Shown piece after piece: positions 11,594-25,289 of a stretch of DNA of 64,000 nt; the first letter of the stretch is position 1, and each line of letters opens with the position of its first letter. Source of the stretch: Basidiobolus meristosporus CBS 931.73 (lineage: Eukaryota; Fungi; Basidiobolomycota); contig MCFE01000055.1 in NCBI GenBank assembly GCA_002104905.1, forward strand, positions 131,569 to 195,568, in the 5' to 3' direction. A model generated the notes under the pieces. That model was not told the DNA's origin. It searched no databases and worked only from the letters and a program-made list of their open reading frames with translations. The position numbers and the translations under genes were made by a program.

Positions 11594-13523
11594 TCACATG
11601 ACAAACAAAGTGTTCATGTCCATAGGTCTGCCTGTAGACATCTGCGGGATCTGAGAATATTTTCCTTTAAGAATATCTCGTAGTTGTTTTAACAGCTGTG
11701 TATAGGTTAGGTTGCTATTTTGAGATAGCGCGCTAATAAGTGCATGGCTCATTGCGCCTGTGGCTTGATTGTCAATAATAGCATCAGCCGATGTCTACAC
11801 AAGTTGCATTAGCTTTTGGTTGGTGTTCACAATGCTCTGCTAAAGGTTACCTGGTTGTCCCGACATCCAGAGAATTGAATGACATCAGCGTTTGACTTCT
11901 TTTCTTCCTCGGCTTTTTTCTGCGCCTCTTTATTTGGCTTAGGTCTGAAGAGGAATGATACTCCTTCCTTGACAAGCCCTATAGCTCCTGCCCTGTCACC
12001 TGAGTGCAAAGAAAAACCTGTTAACGGAGTAGACGCTTCATTGAAGCTATCATTTCGTTACCTCTGCTATATGAAAGTCCAGCTTTTAAGAGGGCCATGG
12101 CGGCCTCCTTTCGATTGTCTTGACAGGCGACTTCTATTTCCCCATCGCACGTGTACGTAAATGGGAGGTCCATTACAGTACCACTGTGGCAACAATCGAA
12201 TATAGCTGTTAGGCGAACTCCAGCGGGGAGGTGTTTAACACAAATTGCATGAATTTCCTGGTAAGAAAAGGTCAATAATGGCCCCTAACAAATTAATTGA
12301 AAGCTCGTATCTACATCATCAACAATCACTCCAGCACTTTCATGATCAACGGGATAGATTGTTTCGTCAAATCCGTCAACCTCGTCTCCATCTTTAGCAC
12401 GGAAGCAACAATATCACTTCAGAAACTGCTCACGCTATTAAGACCAGAAAGAATTACCTTCATCTTCAATGGATCCACCATGACCTAACAACAACCTGTT
12501 ACTCTACAAACTCAAAACAATGCATATCGAATCCTTGTACCAGAAAAATGCAAAAAGAGGGAATCGCCCATCGCTGCTCCTTCCACCAACCAATGCAGCC
12601 CTTGGATGATGTTCTGTCGGGTGGGAATTCTACTTGGGTCTTTCTGGTCATCCGTAAGAATAATGCTAGTTTGCTCGCTAAAGCCATAACGACTGAAAAC
12701 GAAATTTTTGACGTTATGCACATCATTGATGCAGCCCCGCAGCTCTGCGCTGCTTCCAAAGTAATTGATCCCAATGAATAAAGCCCTTTTCCGACCGCTA
12801 TGCAGGCATACGTTAGTATGGTATCCAGCTTGAATACGAGGAGCAAACTCACCGGCAATTTGAGACGGATATGCTTTCACCGTGAACCTGTCCTTGATAA
12901 GCACCACCTTGGTTATGGCCTTGCACGAAGTTGGTGTTCGCGGGAGCAATCGAGTGACCCTGGCCGTCGTTTAAGGGCTCTCCTTGGCTATATGGAAGCC
13001 GATTGGAATCGGGGCCTTGGTAGAATGGTTGTGGTTGATTGAATTGTTGGTCTTGGTTGTATTGAACTGGTTGATTCTGTCTTGGAGCCTGGTTATATTG
13101 TAGACCTTGATTGTAATGCTGACTTGGTGTATAATCCTGTGGTTGATTATACAGCTGTCCTCGGTTATAAACTTCAGGCTGGGTATATTGTGGTCCTTGA
13201 GTGGTCTGATACGGCTGATTGTATTCCTGCCCTTGGGTATACTGATGCGGTTGGCTGTATTGTTGTCCTTGGTTGTGCTGGTATTGCTGATGGTACTGTT
13301 GGTCTTGGGGATACTGTTGGCCTGGGTATTGTTGCTGTTGATAGTTGCCGTAGTTGTACTGAGGTTGTTCCTGAGGTTGCTGGTAATTCGAGTTGCTATT
13401 GTGTGGGCTGAAAGCTTGAGCTTCTTGTTTATTACCACCAAAATACTGTTGATTTTGTTGGACAAACCGTGAAGCCTTTTCTTTCAGCTTGTTTTCTAGC
13501 ACAGCTCCTAACTTCTCAAACAT
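11594..13523 (-). CDS. MCA1: Type I metacaspase with long Q/N/Y-rich prodomain
   Basis: RALFIGINY..LRGCINDV, FLHFSGHG (catalytic His), AIFDCCHSGTVMDLP (catalytic Cys), QFSGCRDNQTSADA, GAMSHAL; ends PQMSTGRPMDMNTLFVM* with the stop at 11594-11596. Confidence 0.93.
13017..13304 (-). repeat. In-frame degenerate 36-nt (12-aa) tandem repeat, about 8 units, in the metacaspase prodomain
   Basis: Units DQQYHQQYQHNQ / GQQYSQPHQYTQ / GQEYNQPYQTTQ / GPQYTQPEVYNR / GQLYNQPQDYTP / SQHYNQGLQYNQ / APRQNQPVQYNQ / DQQFNQPQPFYQ start at residues 74, 86, 98, 110, 122, 134, 146 and 158. Confidence 0.8.
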
Positions 13524-14410
13524 TAGTACAAGAACAAATCGCCCGGATGGGTCTAAACATTAACACATGTTAAATAGATGAAATTCTCCTCAGCCTCCCT
13601 GACTGGTTTCTCGAGGCCAATATTCCACTGATCTCGGATTTATCAGCCAAATGGCATTCAACAGCAATACTCGGTTCCATCTGGAAAATTCTGATCACTT
13701 GTACTTCCCAAATATAGATTTATCACATTTTATCGATATGGGACTTCGTTGCACCGGTGGCTATGCATACCAACCTAATGTTAGATTCCAAGGTGTATAG
13801 AGGCTGTGTACGCTGAACTGACCAAAGGCTTCTCCAACCAGAAGATGATGTCATGGCGAATTCCATAGATATATCTGACATGGGCGGCCAGTAGATGCAA
13901 ATTTCAACAGCAAAGCTGATTTGAATATTTGGATTTTTTGTTGTACCTGAACATTTTGGTAATCGCCATGTTGTGTAACACACGCATCGCCAACAAATAA
14001 ACAAAACAGGTTCGTACTGCTTTCCTCCATGCTAGTGTAACCCATTTTAAAGCCGACTCTTTACTGTCTATTAGCTGCTACTTGGTAGGTGTAATACTGA
14101 TAGGTCTGTATTGATTGGATTCATGTGATGGTCAACTATACATAAAGATTAAGATGATAGCATGCTTGCAATCGTTCAAATCTAGCTCCCAAGTCTCACA
14201 TTGCTGTCACTAGAAATGAATCGTTTGTCAAGATGTTGATAATAAATAGGAATAAGGTCAAGTTCCTATTTATCCTGCGGAAACGTAGTGGACTTGAAGA
14301 TTTGTAAACTATCTCAATGGATTGTGAGTAGGTAGAATATTAACAAGAATAAATAATTGGCGAAAGCACAGACATGCAAAGAAATTGAGGGGATACTCTA
14401 TCTTTGCCAT

Positions 14411-17231
14411 TCACCGAAACTCCCAAGGCTCCAGTTCCCCCGTATCTTTGTTCATGACCACTATGGCACTGACACATTTTTCCTTCCTACGCAGAGATTT
14501 CACTTTTTCTTGATTTAAGGCATTGTCTACTTTCGGAAGTTGTGGTGGGAGTCTCGGAGAGAGCACTGATTTGGGGCCCAATGGAGTCTCAGGTGGGGAA
14601 GCAGTCAAAGGAGTTGCCATGGAGTTTCTTTTGGCCTTTTTACCTCGGGGGAAGTATCCTGTTAATTTCGAAGTGAAAGAGCTTGACTCCAGATTGATCG
14701 GAGTTTCTTCTTTACCCTCAGGGATTGAAGGTGATCGCGTAAAGAAGTTCGAAGTGGTGGGTGTGGTGGGTGAAGAGTTTGTAGAGCCTGGGAGTCTCCA
14801 GCTCCAACCATCTAAACTTCTTCTAGTAGAAGATTGGCGCTCCAATTTTTTCTTGGTTCCAAACAAATGCTGCTCTGTGGATGCAGCCTGTGTTGGTGTC
14901 GTAGCTTCATTGACGATGTCAGAAGGCTTATCAAGGACCTGATGCGCGTTAGACCCTAGCATCAATCTTCGCAACCCGCTTAGCTGTTTGTTTAGCTTCT
15001 CCTTCTCTGACTCTGCTTCCGCGAGAGCTAATTTGGCTGCCACAAGCTCTTGTTCAAGACGTGCAACGGATTCGCCTTTCAAGCTTAATTCTTCACGGTA
15101 TTTCTCTTCTTGGAGCTCTATATCACGAATATGTCCACGCAATTCGTCATTCTCTTCTTCAATACAAAACTTCGACGCTTTAATCGAGATGAGCTCTGAT
15201 GTAAGGTGGGTGTTGTCCTCACGCAGCTGCCCTATTGCGGTGATGTATGTCTCAGTAGTGACCCTCAAATTATGCAACTCCAACCTCATGTTCTCGGTTT
15301 CTGAGGTTGGGTCAGTGGCAACAGGCGTCGCACTTGCATTTGGGCTTCCGAGGTTACTGGAAGTGCTCTGAGGCGTCTCGGGTGGTTGGCCCACACTAAG
15401 CCCTTTTACCATCCATCCCCATCCTTTTTTCTTGACTTTTTTTTCAGATCCGGTGTTATTGTCACAGGTGTATTTTTGCGCCAAAGCGTCCAGCTTCTCT
15501 TTGGTGATTGTCTGACTTAAAGACATCGCATCTTGGATCAGCTCAGTAGCGTTGGCAAAGGTATCGAATAGATGAGAACTCAAAAATCCAATAATATCCT
15601 CGAATTCCTCCATGGCCAGAAGTTTGTCCTGGTTGCACTTCAAAAGAGCTAAAGAGATTCGCATGATTGTCTCCGGAGCCCCTTCAGCAAATACTATATC
15701 AAAGATGCGTAAAACCAATTGCAAGGGGTAGCTATATGCAAACAGAGTCAAGAACCACTGGGATGCGAACATCCCGGTATTGATACCATGTTCTTGGAAG
15801 TGACGAAATAGGTCGGGGAGAATGGAGGATAACAGAGAGTTTAACTGATACAACCGAAGCTCCAAGCCTTCCATCTTCTCAGTAAACATCGACCTCATAT
15901 CATAATCTTCCATCAGTCTGCAAAGAAATGAATTTAGATAAACAACTCTTAATCTCGGTTCAGGAACTCGAATATCCTAGGTACCTGACAAACACGCAAA
16001 AGGCTTCGCACTCTGGCATGTTCATTAGTAATGGGCCAACAAGAAACCCAAGTCCCTGACAATAGCCTACACCATCGTCATAGATTGAATACGCTTTCAT
16101 CACATTGAACAATCTGGTTTGGCCTATGCCATTTTCATCTTTAAACATCTCGAGCCTGGGGAATGTTCGTGGAAGATCTCGCATGATGATCCTTTCATAC
16201 GGACTGGATTCCAACAATAGCTGGTTATACATAGTTTCGAGGTATGTGGAGCGGCCTTGGCACATGGTCTGCCATAGTATACCACGGAGCCTTCCAGGAA
16301 TCCCTGCTCTGATCTTGGCAGTCAATAGATATGGAGTTTTGGATGCAATAATTGAATAATCCTCCACTAAGGAAGTCCAGAATTCCAAATCGGCAATTCC
16401 ATCGGAGTGGCCATCCAATACTGAGATCTCTTCGCTGGCTTTTTCACCTTCAGCAGTGAATTCAGGGTCGATATCACTTGATTCAGTTAACGAAGGAGTA
16501 GTGGGAGATTTGCTACTCCCTACAGACTCGGTGTCTGTATTGGCAAGATCCTCCTCTAAGCCCAATATACTTTCGGATGTCGGTGTCGTGGTCGGCACAG
16601 TAAGTGACTCTAGAACAGCGAGAGTGGCTTTAACTCCATCCCGATGCATACATACAGATTTCGGATCGTTGCTAAATTGGTCGTTGAGCTTCTCCAGCCT
16701 AGCGAGTAAAAACTCAGTAGTATCGATATCTGAATGCTGCATCTCTGTGTCCCGTCGTTCGAATTTTTTTAGCAATCGGGAGCTCATTTCTGGCGTACTA
16801 GGTCTACCTCTTGGTGATGGACTTCTACGCCAATTTCTGTCAATCCTGTGAAAAGCGCGGTCAACTGGAGTGGAACATCGGGTCTGGCTTTGGGGTATCT
16901 CTAATCTTCCGCCAGAATTGCCTGAAACTTCTTTATGCTGTTCTATTTTTACAAGTTCCCTCTTGACATATTCGCTGGAAGGGAGCATTGATTTAATTTT
17001 GATACTTATTTCATCCTCATAATCCAGGGATGTTTGGTCCCTCCAACGACATGGTCTGGTTGGAGAGCTTTGCAGACTTGACTGCTTGGGATGAAGTCGA
17101 TTAGCTAACATACTCATCCCAGGATGAAGTTCCTCTTCTTCCTGTAGGTACATGTTTGAATACAAGTCAGCTTCAGGTTCACTCTCGAGTTCATACTGTA
17201 TACGTGATGGAGTCAGTTTGTCTGGTGACAT
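14411..17231 (-). CDS. TBC-domain Rab GTPase-activating protein (EVI5/Gyp5-like) with C-terminal coiled coil
   Basis: GIPGRLRGILWQ, IMRDLPRTFP, GYCQGLGFL, FASQWFLTLFAY; one intron (15984-15918) joins FVR to LMEDY. Confidence 0.9.
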
Positions 17232-18899
17232 GCCAGCTTGCTTTCTTGAGAACAGTTTTCAAAATACGAAGGGGAAGGCGGCAGTAAAAATCAAGAGTAG
17301 GTAGAGAAGAGGGGTGCAATAATGAAGCGACTATCGATATCTAATAACATCTGCAACGACCATGCGGGTTTCAAAACAAGTTTACACTTCTACCTCAAGT
17401 GCTGTACATCCCGGTGGTACATATTTAAGATCCTGATAAAAGTTAATATCTAATAAGGAATAACCTAAAAAGATAGTACTCATTATATTTACGAATCGGA
17501 TCCTCTAGTAACATACTACAATGTATTCAGGGCATGTTCAAAGTGTGCAATTTAATATCATTCTAGGCTCTTATTTGTGAAGGAGGGTAGAGCTAAAAAT
17601 GGGCACTTGCTATTCTGGTCGGGGATCACAATTAAAATCCACCTTCTATGCGTAGATTCTAATCTAACCATAACCATTCATACAGCATTCAATTGATCTT
17701 AAATATCTTTATTCCCCGGCCCATCTTGTCACCGACAGTAGCACACATTACCAATATGCAAACCAGGTGCATATTGGAATTGCATTTCAATTGCTGCCAA
17801 AATACAAAGGATAGTGCACACTCCTGTACGATGAATACAATGGTTCAGGCGAGTTATGGAAGCAGCCTCACTTCGCTGCATATTATACGTTCAAGTTTAT
17901 TAGAATCTGTGCTCCCAGAGGCTGCACTTTATGAGGGTCAGCCTCCATGCCTGCCATTCTTTTTAGCGTACAGATTAGCGAATATCTCCTATCGAGCACA
18001 TCGAATGCCTACATCCCAAAAGAGTATTTTCGCGATATGTTTACTATCACATTTCCAGATGGATATCAGCAGTCCTTACTGGTTAACTGATGCACAAAGG
18101 TATTCTTAATTTCACCTGAGTATTTCGAGCATCGGCGAGCTTGGTAAGTTATGGTCACCTTCACAGAGGGTCGAAATGTCGCACCAGGGACATTAGTTGT
18201 AAAGGTGGTTAGAATCAGGTGGGAATTTCCTGGGGGCTATTCTAAATAACCCTATATCAATTTACAATACGATTAAGCTTATTCACCGCTTTTGCAATCC
18301 AAACTCAGAGGACACTTTATGCGATATTACTTAACAACAATTATGTATTAATGCAATAAATAATGCCTCGATATCAGGCTTCGCGAAGGAAGTTCAAAAT
18401 ATCCGGTATTCAACTAGCCCAAGCCCATATTTGAAGTTTATTAAAAGACTATATTTGGCAGGATCGGTAAATTAGATAGTTCAGAATGATGTCCATCCAA
18501 GCTACGCAAATGCCGTCAATGATTACTGGGAACCCTTTATGCACACTTAATGATGTACAGATTCAGAGGGAATCTTTTTGGAATATCCCGTTTGTTCAAG
18601 TCACAACTAAGTAGATTGGGGCTAGATTCTTCTGAACGTGTTGGTGCAGTTAACAGGGTTAGAGTGCTTGCTTGGTGGTAGAGCTGTTGATAATGTTGAG
18701 CCTTCAAGCATCAGGTAATTTATGCATATGCAACGACCGATTCGCATGCCTCTTCAACATGAAATATTAATTCCATCACTACGTATATCCATGCCTAACC
18801 ACCCCTTGCGTGGTTCCAACATAGCCAAGGTTGGTCAGAATGAAGTTTGAAAAAATGATCTGCGTGTCCGGATATCCAACATTCTCTAGAAAAATGGAC

Positions 18900-19700
18900 C
18901 TAGCATCAATGATATACAAGGCTGTGGGCTACATCTTAATAAGCTAATCGCAATCTCGTGCATCTTCCTTCGAGATGACGCCTAGAGTCGACAGATAGGC
19001 CGGCTTATGATGTTTGCCCTATACTAGGAAGGCGTCTTGTTGACCAGCGTGAGTTGGCTGGAACCAATTCATCATATGGGAAACTCAGAAGTATGTTGTA
19101 AGTAGTGTTTTCAAAATAGGATCAATAGTTTTGGTGGCATGCCTGTCTCAGATTTTAACTACATCAGTAGTGCCTATGGCGCTTGAGAAATCCAGGAAAT
19201 AACAGCAATTTACGAGCGGAATCTCTGTGATTCTAATGCCCTGTTCGTAGATCAGGCCCTATATGTAGATACGCTTATGCCTTGCACTTCACAAGAGCAC
19301 CTTAGAACTTGATTAATACATGATGATGCTGAACTGGTTAGTATTCTTGCAAGGCAGTTTTCTTCGATCACCATAATAATATCGCGCACTCCGATGGCTA
19401 TCTCAAAAGCAACTGAAGCACAAGATACCCATTCTCCCCTCTTAAGTAAAGTTAGGTTTTGCAACTGCAACGTATGTACAGTGAAAGCAGTGGTTAATTT
19501 TGCCTACCGTCCCTTGGTTGTTACTGCAATTGTATCAATTGCCCCTTGTGATGAAGCATAGTAATTGCAATTAATTTTGTCCAACATCCTATGATAATAA
19601 AGGGTCCGTCTTCAATGAGTTCGGTGGTAGGTTTAGGACACTACATATTATTAGTCAATACAATTTGCATATTGATAGAAGCACGCAAGAGGGAGAAATG
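18900..19700 (-). pseudogene. Possible highly decayed non-LTR retrotransposon reverse transcriptase
   Basis: Broken minus-strand frames give RDIIMVIEENCLARIL (ADD-like region) followed by EIPLVNCCYFLDF (YLG-like region). Many stops; boundaries approximate. Confidence 0.25.
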
Positions 19701-20385
19701 AATCCGCTTCATACGTTACTAAAAAAGAATTTGGCCATATGATTAGTATTCTCTTTTTAGTTTGTTTGAATGGGAGTCTGATCTTGGATATTACCGTAAC
19801 GAAGGCTTTGGCCAATTTGTTCAGCTACGTACTGGAGCTTACGATCACATTCAACACTTTTGTGGTTTGCGAGATATGGGTGTGACGGTCCCAAGGTAGA
19901 GCTCCTCGAGCGTTAGACTAGTTAGCCATCGTTTGAAATTCACATTCTCTGTATGTACACTGGTGTCATTATGAGATAAGTAGCATAGCAGATGGAACTG
20001 ATTTCCTATCACTCCTTGAAATATTATGATCTTGGCACCAACATGTCGAATCGATTCAAATCAATGAAGAAACCCTGATATTTAAGCACTGTATATTTCA
20101 TTTCAGAAGTCAGTAGCAACACTCAGGTAACATTGAATACATATTCAAACTTAATTCACCTGTGTGTTACTTGTGATTTATCTTGAATTGGGCTCGACTA
20201 AAAATCTCGTTACACACCAACGGCCCCAATTCTCGAATACTTTGGCCCTTGTTGTTATAGGTGGATATACTGATTCCCTACATATGAAATCTGCCACTCC
20301 TCATATATAAACGCTGTCGCAACAGTTCAAAATGAAAAAGAAGCTCAGATAGGGGAAGGAAATATTGGCAAGACCATATTCGAAC

Positions 20386-21450
20386 ATGAATAGACTTCGC
20401 AAGGCTTTTATGTCCGCAAGAAAGGGAAGTGCAGGAGAGACTGACATACACTCAAAGCATCCATATGGCAATCATTCACTTGATATCTCTCGTTCCCAAG
20501 CTGAGCTTCTTCGTTATGTGCCTGAAGTTACTACTCCACCCAAACCCACCCATTCAAACTCAAACCCTGAAACACTTCTTTATGGTTCTCAGAAGCCTTT
20601 AGCTATTAAAACAAATCCTTCTTATCTGTGCCCACCTGGGATGACAACTTTATCCCGGTCGGCACCTTCTTCTCCAAGTGAGGTCTCCCTTCAGCCGATT
20701 CCTTCCCCCCTACCTTCTCCCCTAAAAAGCCCCATGCATCCTCTACCCTCCCCCATAGTCCCACAGCCTCCTTCTGAGTTATCTTCCACAGCCGGTGTCT
20801 CGCCTCATCAGTTTTCACAATTGGCCCAGTCAGGAAGGCGCCATCCCAACTCTTCGGAATTCGCGGAGGATTACATCCGAAGAGCCATTGATCATCACGA
20901 GAAAGGAGAGTTAGAAAAGGCCACCGAATACTTCCGCATAGCTGCCGAGAAGAACTCTCCACTTGGAATGTTTCTTTATGGAATCTCACTACGACATGGT
21001 TGGGTACTTGAAGTTCTGATTTCACCTCAGGCGTCTCCAGCAAACTAACCCAGTATCCACAATTAGGGCTGCCATCCAAATCAAGTCGTGGCTTTCCAAT
21101 TCTTGCAGAAGGCTGCAGAGTGTGCAGTATTTGATCTCAGTAACGTAACTCCGGACAACCCGATAGTTGCCAAAGGTGAATTGGTTTTGGCAATCTATGA
21201 ACTGGGGATCTGCTTCCGCCACGGATGGGGAGTACCCAAAAACAAGGTCACCGCTGCGTACTATTTCGAAATTGCCGCTAACCTAGGCGACCCAGATGCT
21301 CAAGCTGATCTAGCCTTCTGCTATGCACATGGGATTGGCGTCAAAAAAGACCGTTACAAAGCAGCCAAGTATTACAAAATGGCCCATGCACAAGGGATCA
21401 GTGTATTTGGCAACTCTTGGATTTTCAAAGATAAATACAAGCACTGCTAA
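20386..21450 (+). CDS. Sel1-like repeat protein (Dsf2/Nif1-like) with Pro/Ser-rich N-terminus
   Basis: GMFLYGISLRHGWGCHPN (intron 21004-21066), IYELGICFRHGWGVPKN, AQADLAFCYAHGIGVKKD, GNSWIFKDKY. Confidence 0.85.
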
Positions 21451-23018
21451 TAGCATCGAGGCTGATCACCACAACTTGCACCACATACTTTCCCTTTAAT
21501 TCGGGTGTATGGAATATGCCCAACACCTATTCAGCTGTCCTAATATTCCAGTTTTAATTCTTACCATTGTCGCAGCTCCTCACTTCGTATAGCTTTGTTC
21601 TCCCTGGGGGAGAAGACCGTTTTCTCGCTGAAGGAATAAGTTTCATACCTTACAATTGCCAGGGATCCCCCTAATGGTGCTTAATAGAAGCGATTCTTTA
21701 GAACTTCATAAGGTCCATATTTACCTCTTTCATTACAAGTCACTCATCATGAGAGGTGATTTTTGTTCTTATTAATTGCCTTATTGAGATGAAATGGATA
21801 CTACGGTTATATTTTCTACGTTGCCTGTTTATTACTATCCCCTCATGGAGCCCACTACACATCTCAAGACGGTGCCGTTTTTGTACACGAATAAAGTGAT
21901 TTATATGTATACCTGGTGCATCTTTGGTAGAACGTGATACCAAGAAGCCAAGCTGGATACAAACTACCAGGCTCAATCTCAGGCAATTTCACCGAATTAA
22001 TTGACGTTACATGGAATGTGCCACGACTGGCCCTATGCGATTTGGAGTTGGTGTTACAAATGTAACTAGCGGTGGAGGGATTGACACTGTAAGCTTATTG
22101 AACAAAGTCAATGGATCATATTGTGATATGCACACGGCTGTCTTAGGTTACGTCTCCTGGATGCCCCTATCTCAGGCTCAGCTGAGATGGCGATGTCCAA
22201 TTTGCGCCACAATCAATCATGTACGTTTATCAAATGGGCACAACAAGCCTGGCGAAATGCTCAACGCTCAAGTATAGAACCTAATCATCAACCACTTTAT
22301 TAAATTTATCAAGCGGAAATTATCGTTGTATCCCTGCAGCGGTACAATTTCGGTTGAGATAACAAATACCAAGCCTGCTAGCGAACCTATCGGTTACTAG
22401 GGCGCCATAGCTGGTTAAACCATGTGATCGGTAGATTCAACCGCGGCTACTCTTTGAGGCAAGCATTCGAGCATACAATGGGTGAAACGCCTTCTAACTT
22501 TACATCAGATCTATGATGGTTAGTTTTTCTGATCTAGATTGGCTGGGCTGTGTTGGTTGGAGCCGCATTGCTATGATTATAGTCTAAATCATGCATCTTT
22601 CTAGGTTCGCTCAGTTACCACATTCTGTGGCCTATATCAGATGAACATGCAATCTACACCTCATATTTCATTCTAACAAGGTTTCAGGATTGCAAAAGTG
22701 CATAGAACACTCTTTTGTGGAATCTTGCATGTCAGCTTGCTTAAACTCCCTAATTCAATGCTTAGTTATCATACTCGAAAACGCAAGCACACAGCAGAAA
22801 TGCCATAAATCAAGATTCAAATACGTATTTAAGTAGTTTTAGTTGCATACAAACTCCAACTGAATAGTAATCGTGCATATATCCTAATTGACACTGAGCT
22901 GATTACGATGTATCAAGAGCTCACAGATACACAATATTAATGTTCGTGAAAGTCCAGTTGGCCAGTGCTATGGTGAGCCGATTCTTCTTAGGAAACAGGC
23001 AAACATGGAGCTACCATT

Positions 23019-23774
23019 CTAATGATTAGTTTGATAAATACGGTCGCCACAATCACCAAATCCAGGTATGATGTAGCCCTCCTTGCTCAAGGTGTCGTCT
23101 ATTGCACCTGCATATACAGTGACATCCGGATGGGCTTCATGAAGTGCGTCTAAACCGATCTTGGAGGCACACACGCAGACGAACTTGATTCGTTTTATTC
23201 CCCAGTCTTTCAGTATGCTGATGGCTTCAACGGATGTTCCACCTGTAGCCACCATGGGGTCCAGGACTACACACAAGTCGACGTTGGGTTCCTTCGGTAG
23301 CTTGTTGTAATATTCCACTGGCTGGAGAGATATTTGCTCTCTGTAAAGTCCAAGATGTAGAATTCTAGCCGATGGAACCATTGTCAGGAAGCCTAGACAG
23401 CTGGAATTAGGCCACCTATAACAGTACTAGATGGGTCGAGCAACGTACCATTAACCAAACCTAGGCCTGAACGCAAAATAGGGACCAGTCCAATCTTATC
23501 CTTAAGAGCCTCTCCAGTGTAAGGGGCCAAGGGACTTTCCAGCTGAAAAGAAGTCAGTTGTGAAAAAACGGACAAACGATAGCGCTAGCAACATTACCTG
23601 GCCAATTTCTTTCATTTCCAAATCTTGCATCGATTCGTAGGCCAGCAGATAGGCAATCTCTTCCAAGAGCTCGCGTGACTGCTTGGCCTTGGTATTTTTG
23701 TCCCTCAGTAGAGATAGTTTGTGAGCAATTAAAGGGTGCTTGCTGATTGTATGGTTCGGCATATTAGTAGGCAT
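23019..23774 (-). CDS. Uracil phosphoribosyltransferase, bacterial Upp-like type (urg2/URC6 role), 3 exons
   Basis: [54 protein letters not shown] motif [11 protein letters not shown] and C-terminal [13 protein letters not shown]. Confidence 0.9.
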
Positions 23775-25289
23775 ACTTGTAAAATACAAGAAGAGTTTTG
23801 ACTTGTTCGCAGCTATGTTCTTTATTTATACCCAGGATTGCGTGGAATGGTATATCATCCACATAACACCATACTACCATCCTGAAGGGTGTGTCATAGA
23901 TGCCACCCATCATGATGGGATTCGTTGTTCTTATTTTGGAATATGAATATTTCCCAATACTGAGAATGAGCGAGGGAATGTGAAAATGAGCATGTGAGTA
24001 GATATGTGTACAGGTATTGTAAACCAGATGAATACCAGGTCTGCTTCTAGCCTGTTAAAATGAGACATTATTCTTGCTAATATCGAGACTACCAATGTCC
24101 TCTCTGCAAGTGGGCATTTGTGTAGATCGCTTGCTGGATGAATAGTGCCTCCTTGATCGTGCGGATAACCAGGGGAGCCCCTATCTCATTCAATGGAGCA
24201 TACATCGGATGGTTCACTTTGGCAAATTGGCATGGCTCTGCGTATTTTAGTAATAAGCCCGGAGCGCCTGGGAGGCTTAGAATGTGCAACTATGTCCCAA
24301 AGATACAAATAGGCAATGACACTCCTCCATTAGCCTTGTACCTCTCCATTTGCGACAATACTCCCCATATTGTGAAACAGCCTCATTGTGGCCTCCCTGA
24401 GAAAGTGTATCGTTCATTGTAAGACTACAGCTAAAACCTATGTAATCGGAAGCAGAATTAATATCGGAGTGTGATTTTGCGATGGGTGCATGGGTTCGAA
24501 TGGAATTCACTGTTTTGAGTTGCCATAAATATGGGAGAGATCATTTGTAGGCGATTGTGGTGACGTAGTGTGAGACCATACATTGAGTGCTACAACAGTC
24601 CCATAGCAGTCTTCTGATCTGTATGGGCCCTAAAATTCAGCAAATCATGCGGGACTTGACCACTAGTTTCAAATACCGTAGTCACCAGAGTGTATGCCAT
24701 GCTATTCCTATGGATAATATCAGCGGACTCGATGGCCGAATCCCATCTACTGAGCTGTGTCTTGACAGGAAGGTAACACGTTCAACGAATCAGTAGTATT
24801 CGTTTACCCCTTTGGTCCCGTTACAGATCATTTGCTACCAATTCTGGGTACTACATTCCCTTTTGTAGCGGAGATCCAGCGAGTTGTGTCTCCCCGTACG
24901 AGATAGGGAACTTCGCCAAAATTGATGCTCGTTGGAGTTGAACCCTTACGTGCGGTGGCATTTGTAGTCTACGTACGAATTACATTATGACTGTTCATTT
25001 ATTCTCCCTGACCCCTTAATATACTAAGGTATCTCGTTCTTGTATTGCCAATGCATCTGTCACTGGATTCTGATTCGCTGTGGCCGTTTGCTAGATTATT
25101 ATATCTGGTCATGCTTTGTATACCTCGTGCTTGGAACCAGGTATGATTCTGCTTCAGTAGGCCCTATTTTCTTCCCACCCTATTCTCTCAGCCACTTCCA
25201 CAAAGCATATATAGAGCCCCAGTTTTCAAAGATCCCCTGACTCTATTCTACCTGTTTTCAAGCTACTCTCATATTGACTTAGTCCTCTT

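Noticed and set aside
21700-22900. Short ORFs such as 22011-22277 with a CPIC motif
   Set aside because: No recognisable family and no coherent exon chain.
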